From a virus (Duplodnaviria; Caudoviricetes): DNA of 64,000 nt. Location of the stretch: positions 1 to 64,000 of the IMG/VR virus record IMGVR_UViG_3300031669_000010. One strand, given 5' to 3'. The notes beneath the pieces were generated by a model. It ran no database searches and was not told where the DNA came from. It was given only the letters and a program-made list of their open reading frames with translations. Below are positions 27,120 through 35,569 of the stretch, piece by piece (positions within the stretch are counted from its first letter, which is position 1; each line of letters starts with the position of its first letter). Position numbers and translations under genes: made by a program.

Positions 27120-28512
27120 TATTATTAAAAGATCTGGGTTGCTAATTTCAAAGGAACATCAGTACGAAGATTGGTATATCAAAGTCAAAGAATTTTTGGA
27201 ACGGCGAATGAAGTCTTATAATTCATCCGCATCTGTAGTCCATGTATTTTATATTGAATCGGAGAAGTTTCTCTTGATACCGAGGAACTTCCCGATTCAA
27301 CAATACATTTTTGATTATGATATAAAAGATGTAAGGCATGAAGGCCAACCAATTGAAATTGAACATAACATTAAACCCAGAAGTGAAGCACAAGAAAAGG
27401 CCATTAATTATATAATGACCAATGAAAATGCAACACTACAATTAGCACCTGGAGTTGGTAAAACAGTCATATCAATCTATATGATTGCTGAGAGAAAAAA
27501 GAAAGCTCTTATATTTGTTCATAGAGACCCACTGGCTAAACAATGGCGAAACAGATTAAAAGAATTTACAAATCTTGAGGATGATGATATTGCTTATCTC
27601 AGATCGGCAACATTTGAAACAGATTTGGATAAGCCAGTAATCATTTCAACAGTTCAAACATTCTTGTCCCTATTAAAAAGAAATCGTAAAGATTTCTTAG
27701 TTAAATTAAATGAGGCGGGTGTGGGTGTATGCGTGGCTGATGAGGTACATACTTCAGTTGGAGCACCAACATTTTCAGAATGTTCGATACACGTTCCTTC
27801 AAAATATACATATGGATTAAGTGCAACTCCATATCGTTATGACGGGAATGGAGATATCATTGAATTTCATCTTGGTGATATATATTCCGATACCGATTTA
27901 GAAGGAACGATGGACGCAAAGGTTGTGGTTTTGATGTTAGATTATCAAATAGATACACCCAACAGATACAAGTATATACGTTGGGGTGGCGATTTCCAAA
28001 GAGCACGGTATCTTAATCTAATGAAGAAATCAAAACCGTTCACAGAAGCAATGAGGGGTGTGTTGACCCGATTTAAAAATAGGGATCTGATATGTATAGC
28101 TGAAAGAATCAAGTTGATCGAACAGTTATATGATTGGATGCCGAGTAAAAGTAAAGCTAAATTTTGTGGTTCTGGTGGACTCGAAACTCTTAATTCTAAA
28201 ATCACATTCGCAACACCTGGTAAATGTAGAGATGGAATTGATGCAACATGGAAAGATTCAATAATCATGACATCTCCAATCTCAAACATTGAACAATTAA
28301 CCGGAAGAGTTCTTAGGGATAGTGAAGGCAAACAAACTCCTATAATAGTTGATATGGTTGATTACGGGTGTAACGATATTGCCAGGACATTTCATAAGCG
28401 TCAACAGTTTTATGATGATAAGAAATGGCCTGTTCAATATTTGATATTTTCAAATGATGGTTTAAAATCAATTGATCGAGAAATTACACACAGAATCCTA
28501 AGAGGTGAATAA
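27112..28512 (+). CDS. Superfamily 2 helicase (UvsW/DEAD-like)
   Basis: LAPGVGKT (motif I), ADEVH (II), GLSATP (III), EQLTGRVLR (VI). Confidence 0.88.
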   Translation: MINIIKRSGLLISKEHQYEDWYIKVKEFLERRMKSYNSSASVVHVFYIESEKFLLIPRNFPIQQYIFDYDIKDVRHEGQPIEIEHNIKPRSEAQEKAINYIMTNENATLQLAPGVGKTVISIYMIAERKKKALIFVHRDPLAKQWRNRLKEFTNLEDDDIAYLRSATFETDLDKPVIISTVQTFLSLLKRNRKDFLVKLNEAGVGVCVADEVHTSVGAPTFSECSIHVPSKYTYGLSATPYRYDGNGDIIEFHLGDIYSDTDLEGTMDAKVVVLMLDYQIDTPNRYKYIRWGGDFQRARYLNLMKKSKPFTEAMRGVLTRFKNRDLICIAERIKLIEQLYDWMPSKSKAKFCGSGGLETLNSKITFATPGKCRDGIDATWKDSIIMTSPISNIEQLTGRVLRDSEGKQTPIIVDMVDYGCNDIARTFHKRQQFYDDKKWPVQYLIFSNDGLKSIDREITHRILRGE

Positions 28513-28880
28513 TGAAAATAAAGACAGACTTTGTAACAAACAGTAGCTCATCCTCATTTGTCGTTATAGGATCCCATATTGATGCAGTGAATATTCCGAT
28601 TGAAGTATTTCAAAAAATCAAGGCCAAAGTTCAGGTGACGATTGAAAATATACTTGAAGATCCGTATGAGTATATTGATCCCCTTTTAAGAGGAACGGAT
28701 TTACAATGGTCTGCCGGATGTGAATATGACGATGGACTTATGATTGGAATTCCATATACCAGTATGGGTGAGGATGAGACTCTTAAACAATTTAGACAAA
28801 GAGTACAAGAAGGAATTAAACAATATCTTGGGATAGATACCACACCTGGGCATATCGAAGAATGCTGGATGGACAACTAA
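28512..28880 (+). CDS. MKxKxDFVTNSS-family protein 1
   Basis: Starts MKIKTDFVTNSSSSSFVV. Confidence 0.75.
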   Translation: MKIKTDFVTNSSSSSFVVIGSHIDAVNIPIEVFQKIKAKVQVTIENILEDPYEYIDPLLRGTDLQWSAGCEYDDGLMIGIPYTSMGEDETLKQFRQRVQEGIKQYLGIDTTPGHIEECWMDN

Positions 28881-29227
28881 TGAAAGTAAAAGCAGACTTC
28901 GTAACCAACAGCAGTTCGACTGCATATATAATTACAAATACCAGTGATAAACATTTAGATCTAGTTGCTTTTGTGAAAGAGAATCCCCAAATAATTGATC
29001 AATTTTTAGATGAGTACGATTGGTATAAAGGGGAAAAAAGGTTTTCACAAAAACATATGATTGAGTCCGCAAAGCAAAACAATAAAACATTTAAACCAGA
29101 ATATTCTCATTATATTGTCTTCGGAGATGAAAGTGGGACACTGATCGGTCAGGTGTTTGATTACATGTTAAGAGGCGGAGGGTCATCAAAAAATTTCACA
29201 TGGAGATTTTGTGAGTATCTGAGGTAA
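28880..29227 (+). CDS. MKxKxDFVTNSS-family protein 2
   Basis: Start moved to ATG 28880; MKVKADFVTNSSSTAYII. Confidence 0.75.
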   Translation: MKVKADFVTNSSSTAYIITNTSDKHLDLVAFVKENPQIIDQFLDEYDWYKGEKRFSQKHMIESAKQNNKTFKPEYSHYIVFGDESGTLIGQVFDYMLRGGGSSKNFTWRFCEYLR

Positions 29228-29232
29228 TTGCT

Positions 29233-29526
29233 ATGAAAATGAAAACAGATTTTGTTACTAATAGTTCATGTGCAAGCTTTGTTATTGAAAAGAAGCATCT
29301 AACCAACCTTCAAATAGATTTAATTTATGAACATCATGAATTTGCTAAACAGTATCACTCACATGCTATTGAATACACACCAGAAAAGAGTGGGTGGGAC
29401 ATCTGCGGAGTTGGAGATACTATTAAAGGTACTACGTCTATGGACAACTTTGATATGTTGTGGTTACTTCTTGAGATTGGTATTGATGAAGATCACATAG
29501 AATATGAAGGATGTTACGGAGAATGA
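29233..29526 (+). CDS. MKxKxDFVTNSS-family protein 3
   Basis: Starts MKMKTDFVTNSSCASFVI. Confidence 0.75.
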   Translation: MKMKTDFVTNSSCASFVIEKKHLTNLQIDLIYEHHEFAKQYHSHAIEYTPEKSGWDICGVGDTIKGTTSMDNFDMLWLLLEIGIDEDHIEYEGCYGE

Positions 29527-29954
29527 AAATAAAAGCTGATTTTGTCACTAATAGTTCATCTACTGCATATGTTGTTTTTGTACCAAACAATTTCTATGCT
29601 GATGAAGAAGAAATTAAAAAACTATATAATGATGAATACAAAGAATATGAGACCTTAACAGATGAACAATTATTTAAAAATTTGCCTGACTGTATAGAAC
29701 TTTTAAAAGAGGGTGACAATGTTTGGAGTTATGGCTCAGAAGGAATCACTACAAATATATGGAATATGACAGTAGACATCTGCAGACACCACGATTTAGT
29801 ACTATCGAGCCTTGAAATGAATGGTGAAGGCAATAATATCATTCAAGGAGTAAAAGAAGAACAGATTGAAAAAATATTTATGACCAACATTGATATAATG
29901 TCAACGTTCAACATGATACAAAGGAGTCAAAATGTTACTACAAAAACTGAATAA
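29523..29954 (+). CDS. MKxKxDFVTNSS-family protein 4
   Basis: Start moved to ATG 29523; MKIKADFVTNSSSTAYVV. Confidence 0.75.
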   Translation: MKIKADFVTNSSSTAYVVFVPNNFYADEEEIKKLYNDEYKEYETLTDEQLFKNLPDCIELLKEGDNVWSYGSEGITTNIWNMTVDICRHHDLVLSSLEMNGEGNNIIQGVKEEQIEKIFMTNIDIMSTFNMIQRSQNVTTKTE

Positions 29955-30180
29955 TCGAAAAGGATTTACATTGATTGAAGTAATAGTCGTGATAGTTATC
30001 CTTGCTATCTTGGCTATGGTTGTGGTTCCAATGCTTGCTGTAATATATTCCGATTCAGATAGTGAACCGGTTCAAATCATGACACAGAATGAGGAAAAGG
30101 CATTAGAGGATAAAGACGAAACTCCAAAGCTTCAAGAGCCTGAAGTAGAAAAATCAAAAGGAGATATGAATAAATTATGA
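29932..30180 (+). CDS. Short prepilin-type N-terminal cleavage/methylation domain protein
   Basis: Class III signal NRKG|FTLIEVIVVIVILAILAMVVVP followed by a short acidic tail. Confidence 0.85.
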   Translation: MLLQKLNNRKGFTLIEVIVVIVILAILAMVVVPMLAVIYSDSDSEPVQIMTQNEEKALEDKDETPKLQEPEVEKSKGDMNKL

Positions 30181-31202
30181 AGTTTGCATTTATGGCCGAC
30201 ATTCATCTTTCAAAATATGCGCAAGATAAACTCGAAGATGAATCAAATCTTCCTGAGCGATTACACAGTATTAAAATGGCTTTACACGAAGTAGCAGAGT
30301 ATTGTATTGGCCATGATATTCCAACCATCATCATTGGTGGTGATATCCTTCATGGTAAGTCAATCATACATGCAATCGCTCAGGATATAATGCTGGAGTA
30401 TTTTCAAACATTTGGAAAGAAAATCAGCTTTGTGGTTATCGATGGAAATCATGATCTGTCTGGCAAGGGAGAAGATGTTGTTTCAGCATTGAGATCTCTT
30501 TCGACAGTGCCCGGTGTATCTTGGGTTCCCCATAATCGAGTAGAGAGGACCAAAGAAGATATATTGTTGGTTCCGTATTCACATAGTGTATCAAAGATTG
30601 TAAAAGAAAACAAAGCAAGGATTCTGATTTCACACTTCGGCCTTACCGAAGCAATGTTAAGTTCAGGTATGAGTATCGTATCTGATATTAGCGTTTCAGA
30701 TTTGGTCGGAAAATATGAATTAGTGTTACTCGGTCATTATCACAAACCTCAAGAAATTATCAAAGAGAACTTCAGGTTGTATTACTCAGGATCATTGATT
30801 CAATTAGACTGGGGTGAGAAGGGCGAGATTAAAAGGTTTCTGGTTGTCGATACAGATTCAATGCAAGTCGATGAAATTCCAATAACTCATTATCGAAAAC
30901 ACATTGAAATTGAATTAACTGACTTAAATAAAGATGAAGCATTTAAGGCTGCTAAGGAAGCTACAGATGCAGGACACCATGTTAAAGTTCTTATGAAAGA
31001 GAAGGTCGATTTATCAAGAGTCAAGGGAAACTTTAACATCGTAGACAAAACAGAAACCGATATAACAGACAGGGGTATCACAAGTTCAATGTCTCAGAAG
31101 GATCGAATTGATCGCTATATTGAAATAAAAGAAATTCCTGAACATCTAAGGGATGAATATTCAAAAGAGGCATTAGATATTATTGAAAATTGCGAGGTAT
31201 GA
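30177..31202 (+). CDS. sbcD: SbcD/Mre11-like metallophosphoesterase nuclease
   Basis: ADIHL, GGDILH, GNHD, LGHYH, YSGS; upstream of an SMC-like ATPase. Confidence 0.88.
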   Translation: MKFAFMADIHLSKYAQDKLEDESNLPERLHSIKMALHEVAEYCIGHDIPTIIIGGDILHGKSIIHAIAQDIMLEYFQTFGKKISFVVIDGNHDLSGKGEDVVSALRSLSTVPGVSWVPHNRVERTKEDILLVPYSHSVSKIVKENKARILISHFGLTEAMLSSGMSIVSDISVSDLVGKYELVLLGHYHKPQEIIKENFRLYYSGSLIQLDWGEKGEIKRFLVVDTDSMQVDEIPITHYRKHIEIELTDLNKDEAFKAAKEATDAGHHVKVLMKEKVDLSRVKGNFNIVDKTETDITDRGITSSMSQKDRIDRYIEIKEIPEHLRDEYSKEALDIIENCEV

Positions 31203-31203
31203 T

Positions 31204-33393
31204 ATGAGGCGAATTGATATTCAAGAAGTGGGGATGGAGAATTTTGGTCCGTATATCGACCCCATGATTTTAGAATTTAAACCTGACTCCATGGTTTTAA
31301 TGACTGGTCCAAATGGTATCGGTAAGACAATGTCCCTTGACGCAATTCCATTTACATTCTATGGTGTTACGAGCAAAGGTGCAAAGGGCGATGATGTGGT
31401 AAATAACGTTATCGGCAAAAATTGTAAAACATGGGTCAAGTTTGATATTGATAATGACAGATATCTTATTACCCGGTATCAGAAATATACAAAAGCAGGA
31501 ACCACAGTCATTCTCAACAAAAACGATGTTGATATTAAAAAGGGTCATAAAGAAGTATTGCCTGAAATTGAAAAATTGATATGTTCAAAGAAATCATTTA
31601 TGAACACATTGATGTTTGGTCAGAAGGTAAAAGACTTCTTTACAGATCTACTTGATTCTGATAAAAAGACAATCTTTCGAGAAATATTGGCACTCGAACT
31701 TTATCAGGTATATTACAAGAAGGCTGATGAACGATTGAAAGCTGTCAAGGCTGAACTTGAGGAAATTGAAAAACAGCAAGGAATCAATCATGGGTTGAAT
31801 GAAGATGCCAATGCTCAAATTGAGTTGCTACGAGGTCTCCAGAAAAAATGGGAGCAGGAAAAGAAAGAAGCCCTAATCGAACTCAAGAAGTCAATTGATA
31901 CAAACAAACGTCTATTAGAAACTTGGAAAGAGGCATTGAAAGCTCTTAAAAAGGAAGATGTTGATATTGGCGACACATTGAAGGCCTTAGATTATGTTAG
32001 ATCTGAGTTGAGTACAATCCAAGAAAGATTTGATGCTGAATTGCAATCAATTGAACAGAGAAAAACTACCAAACTTCTCGAGATACAAAACAAAGCAAAT
32101 GAAGTATCTAATGAAATTAAGGCAAGATACAGGATAGAGTATGATCGAATTGATAAAGAGGTAGCGGAGTTAAAAGAATCATCAAACGATCTTGTTAATA
32201 CAGCTCAGACGAGAAGGCATAAGGTCGAACTCAAAATTGAAAACATTGAATCTAACATAAGAAATTGGCAGGAACGGGCAAAGGAGATACAAGATAATGT
32301 CTTCGAGGCCGGTATTACAGAGTGCCCCTTATGTCAGCAGGAAGTGTCAGATAAAACTATTGAGTTGTTGGGTGAAAAAGTTGCAGGTTATGATAATGAT
32401 GTGAGTGAAGCTCTTAAGTTAGTAATCAAGCAGCAAGAACAGATCAAAGAGATCAACGCCAAAATGATTGCAGGATCAAAGAAACTGACAGGATTCATTG
32501 AAGCTCTTCAAGGTACTAAGCAATTATTAATAAGTAAAGAAATGATAGAAGTGAAAGAACTTGATCTTCGATTAATCCAAGCAACTGAAAAAGTTAATGA
32601 TTTGGCGGGGAATGAAGCTGGACTAAAAGAGATTGCAGTTCAAAAAGCTAAAGATGAACTTGAATCTACAGAGCTGACATTACAGGCGACATATGAGCTT
32701 CAGGAAAAAGCTATTGAAAGTAGAAATGAAGTGCAGGAAAGAGTCGAGAGTTTGAAGCAGGAAATAAGTCGAATGGAAAGTCAGATCAAGGACAAAGAAG
32801 AATCCAAGCATGACAAAACCCAATTGAACTCTTATACGAAACGCTTAATTGATCTTGATAAAGTCCTTCAAGACCTTGAAACAAAGTGGGATGTACTTGA
32901 TGGTAAGGCACAAAGACTTGAATTTTGGAAGTCGGCGTTTTCACCATCAGGAATTCCATCTATGTTGATTGATGAAGCAATTCCATTTATGAATGAGAAG
33001 GTTTCATACTATCTCGAAAAATTCACAAATGGTCGATATATCGTATCATTTGATACACTAGCAGCAACAAAGGCCGGAGAGTTCAGAGATAAAATTTCGG
33101 TCAATGTTGTTGATACATATACACGAGCAAATTCAAGGGTTCAATTGTCCGGTGGGCAAACACGAATCATTGATATTGCTACAATCCTAACGCTTGGGGA
33201 TTTACAATCAAGCATTCAAGAAGTATCAATAAACATCTTGTTATTTGATGAAATATTTGATAGTCTTGACGAAGAAAACATCGGCTACGTATCTAAAGTA
33301 TTGTCCCAATTGAAGTTTGGAAAATCTATTTATTTAATTTCACACAGACATGAGGATCAATTAGAAGTCGATGAAACTCTGACATTGCATTAA
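31204..33393 (+). CDS. sbcC: SbcC/Rad50-like ABC ATPase
   Basis: GPNGIGKT, long coiled coil with CPLC zinc hook, LSGGQ signature, LLFDE Walker B, SH switch. Confidence 0.92.
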   Translation: MRRIDIQEVGMENFGPYIDPMILEFKPDSMVLMTGPNGIGKTMSLDAIPFTFYGVTSKGAKGDDVVNNVIGKNCKTWVKFDIDNDRYLITRYQKYTKAGTTVILNKNDVDIKKGHKEVLPEIEKLICSKKSFMNTLMFGQKVKDFFTDLLDSDKKTIFREILALELYQVYYKKADERLKAVKAELEEIEKQQGINHGLNEDANAQIELLRGLQKKWEQEKKEALIELKKSIDTNKRLLETWKEALKALKKEDVDIGDTLKALDYVRSELSTIQERFDAELQSIEQRKTTKLLEIQNKANEVSNEIKARYRIEYDRIDKEVAELKESSNDLVNTAQTRRHKVELKIENIESNIRNWQERAKEIQDNVFEAGITECPLCQQEVSDKTIELLGEKVAGYDNDVSEALKLVIKQQEQIKEINAKMIAGSKKLTGFIEALQGTKQLLISKEMIEVKELDLRLIQATEKVNDLAGNEAGLKEIAVQKAKDELESTELTLQATYELQEKAIESRNEVQERVESLKQEISRMESQIKDKEESKHDKTQLNSYTKRLIDLDKVLQDLETKWDVLDGKAQRLEFWKSAFSPSGIPSMLIDEAIPFMNEKVSYYLEKFTNGRYIVSFDTLAATKAGEFRDKISVNVVDTYTRANSRVQLSGGQTRIIDIATILTLGDLQSSIQEVSINILLFDEIFDSLDEENIGYVSKVLSQLKFGKSIYLISHRHEDQLEVDETLTLH

Positions 33394-33402
33394 GGTGTCG
33401 CT

Positions 33403-33783
33403 ATGAAAATAAAAAATGATTTCGTTACAAATAGTTCTTCCTCATCATTTGTATTTGAAGCATCGGAAAAGATTTTGCGAAAAGATATCGAGAAACATAT
33501 GAGATTCTATTACGCTGAATGCTTCCGGTGCTTCACTAACAAAAAGAGTTTAACAGAGTTTACAGAAGCAGGCTACGGAGACTGGGTTTCAAAGGCAAGG
33601 GGTGAACCTGCTACATTTTGGAATATGGATCCATCCTGTTACAGAGAAGCATGTAAGATTTTAAATTGTGGTATGTTTGTCATCTATGCTTCTGTTGACA
33701 GGAACGATATGGACAGAGTTGAGAAGTTCCAGGATCTTGTGGAAGATCGTGGTGGAAGAATAAGAACCAGGAGTGGAGATTAA
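33403..33783 (+). CDS. MKxKxDFVTNSS-family protein 5
   Basis: Starts MKIKNDFVTNSSSSSFVF. Confidence 0.75.
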   Translation: MKIKNDFVTNSSSSSFVFEASEKILRKDIEKHMRFYYAECFRCFTNKKSLTEFTEAGYGDWVSKARGEPATFWNMDPSCYREACKILNCGMFVIYASVDRNDMDRVEKFQDLVEDRGGRIRTRSGD

Positions 33784-33784
33784 T

Positions 33785-34831
33785 ATGAGTCAAGTTCGAA
33801 TCGTAAATTGGCTGCTCACAAGAAGGTGTAATCTAAAATGTGAGTATTGTGCCATTGTTAAAAACTATAAGGGTAAACCGTCTAGTTATCCGGATATGAG
33901 ACATTATATCAAACATGAAATGCCAACCAATGTAGTCATTAATGCATTAAAGGGATTCAAGATTCATAATCCGAATGTATTTCATATATTCTATGGTGGC
34001 GAGCCATTGCTAAGACCTGATCTTGCAGACATCATAAATTATTGTAATGAAAATGAAATCTACTATACAGTAATCAGCAACAATACTTCAGGCATTCAAG
34101 ATCGTATAAGAATGCTATTTGACAAAGTTGAATACATTGAGGGGTTCACAAGTTCTGTTGATCCAATCTTCAATGAAATTGGTGCTAAAGAAGACAGAGT
34201 CAAAAAGAGTATTGAAGGTCTGAGGCGATTAAAAGAAATTCAAGCTGCTGGAAAAGTGAAAGATGTTGTTGCTGAAATAACAGTTATGAAACACAATCAA
34301 GATCTTTTATACAGACTCATCCGAGAGTTGAGTGATGAGGAAATATATAGTGATATTACATTCGTTGATATTGCAAAAACTAAGTATTATGATTTTTCAA
34401 ATGTCTTGGATGAAACATTTTTAGTTAGACCAACATTTGAACTAGCAGAAGAGTTGATCGACATTATAACTGATAATCGTTTATTGGTTCATATGAAGGA
34501 CATTCTAATACCTAAGATGTTCGATACACTTCCATCGAATTTTGACTGTGAGATTGAAAAGGGTTTGCATAACTTGACAATTGATGCTGATGGTTCAATC
34601 AGATTGTGTTTAAGAATTAGGGGTATTGCATCTCCTTCATACAATGTGACTGAACTATTTGATCCAACATATCCTGAACTTATTTCTGCGGATGTGTATA
34701 GTGCAATAAAAGGTGATAAGAAGCACTACTGTTCGTTGTGTAACCATTCCTGTTTAATGATGAGTCAGTATTTTGATACAACTAATGAGGAAGTGGATAC
34801 ACTAATACATTCCGATAAACGGAGGGAGTAA
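33785..34831 (+). CDS. Radical SAM enzyme with C-terminal Cys cluster (SPASM/twitch-like)
   Basis: CNLKCEYC (CxxxCxxC), GGEPLL; C-terminal C...CLRI...CSLCNHSC. Confidence 0.88.
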   Translation: MSQVRIVNWLLTRRCNLKCEYCAIVKNYKGKPSSYPDMRHYIKHEMPTNVVINALKGFKIHNPNVFHIFYGGEPLLRPDLADIINYCNENEIYYTVISNNTSGIQDRIRMLFDKVEYIEGFTSSVDPIFNEIGAKEDRVKKSIEGLRRLKEIQAAGKVKDVVAEITVMKHNQDLLYRLIRELSDEEIYSDITFVDIAKTKYYDFSNVLDETFLVRPTFELAEELIDIITDNRLLVHMKDILIPKMFDTLPSNFDCEIEKGLHNLTIDADGSIRLCLRIRGIASPSYNVTELFDPTYPELISADVYSAIKGDKKHYCSLCNHSCLMMSQYFDTTNEEVDTLIHSDKRRE

Positions 34832-34834
34832 ACT

Positions 34835-35176
34835 ATGGCAGACGAACCTACAAAAGATTCTGTAGATAGTGACATAATTGTTAGCGCAATAATGTTCTGG
34901 AAAAAGGTATACGAAGAGAAAGAAGTCATTATCAAATTTATAAAAAAAGATAAGACTAATCGAATCATGAGATGTACCTTAGATTTCAAAAAGATTCCTG
35001 TGAAAGATCAACCCAAAAGTGTCAACATTGAAGTCATTCTAAGATTAATTCAGAAAAACAAAATCATGCATGTTTATGATCTTGATAAAAAAGCATGGCG
35101 TTCGGTTCCGTTCGATAGGGTTGAATATATGGATACAAAGAATCGACGATATTTCACAAAGAAACAACCAGTATAA
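34835..35176 (+). CDS. SH3/WYL_2-like small beta-barrel protein
   Basis: FIKKDKTNRIMRCTL...VYDLDKKAWRSVPFDRV pattern typical of this phage family (recognised by eye). Confidence 0.55.
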   Translation: MADEPTKDSVDSDIIVSAIMFWKKVYEEKEVIIKFIKKDKTNRIMRCTLDFKKIPVKDQPKSVNIEVILRLIQKNKIMHVYDLDKKAWRSVPFDRVEYMDTKNRRYFTKKQPV

Positions 35177-35188
35177 AGGAGAATACAA

Positions 35189-35569
35189 GTGGGAATCTTA
35201 AGAGAAATTCTCAAGGAAATCAAGTCCGACGATAACCTTGAGAAAGTAAGAATACTATGTGATCAAATAATCAAAGAGGAAAAAGATAATGTTGTACATT
35301 ATCAAATACTTCCGAAAGGTCCAAATCTATTTCTTGTATTAGAAGTTCCTGGAAGAATTAAAGATGAGATTGCCTTTCTTGCGCTTGAACGTGAGAGCGA
35401 AGATCTTTGGTTATGTGTATTATTTATTACAACTATGAAGGAGTATGCATTAAGAGAAAAGAATCCTCCTTCAATAAAGAGGCAAAGGGTCTGGGAGATC
35501 AATGATCATAGACCAGAAAAGGTCTTAACTGAATATGCAAAACGTTACAAATTTCTACGAGGTGAATAA
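35189..35569 (+). CDS. Hypothetical protein
   Basis: GTG start with AAGGAG RBS; abuts the next gene. Confidence 0.6.
   Translation: MGILREILKEIKSDDNLEKVRILCDQIIKEEKDNVVHYQILPKGPNLFLVLEVPGRIKDEIAFLALERESEDLWLCVLFITTMKEYALREKNPPSIKRQRVWEINDHRPEKVLTEYAKRYKFLRGE

Noticed and set aside
33785-34831. Calling the radical SAM enzyme QueE
   Set aside because: It is longer than typical QueE, lacks the GCNLRCxWCDT-type context and has extra C-terminal cysteines; substrate unknown.
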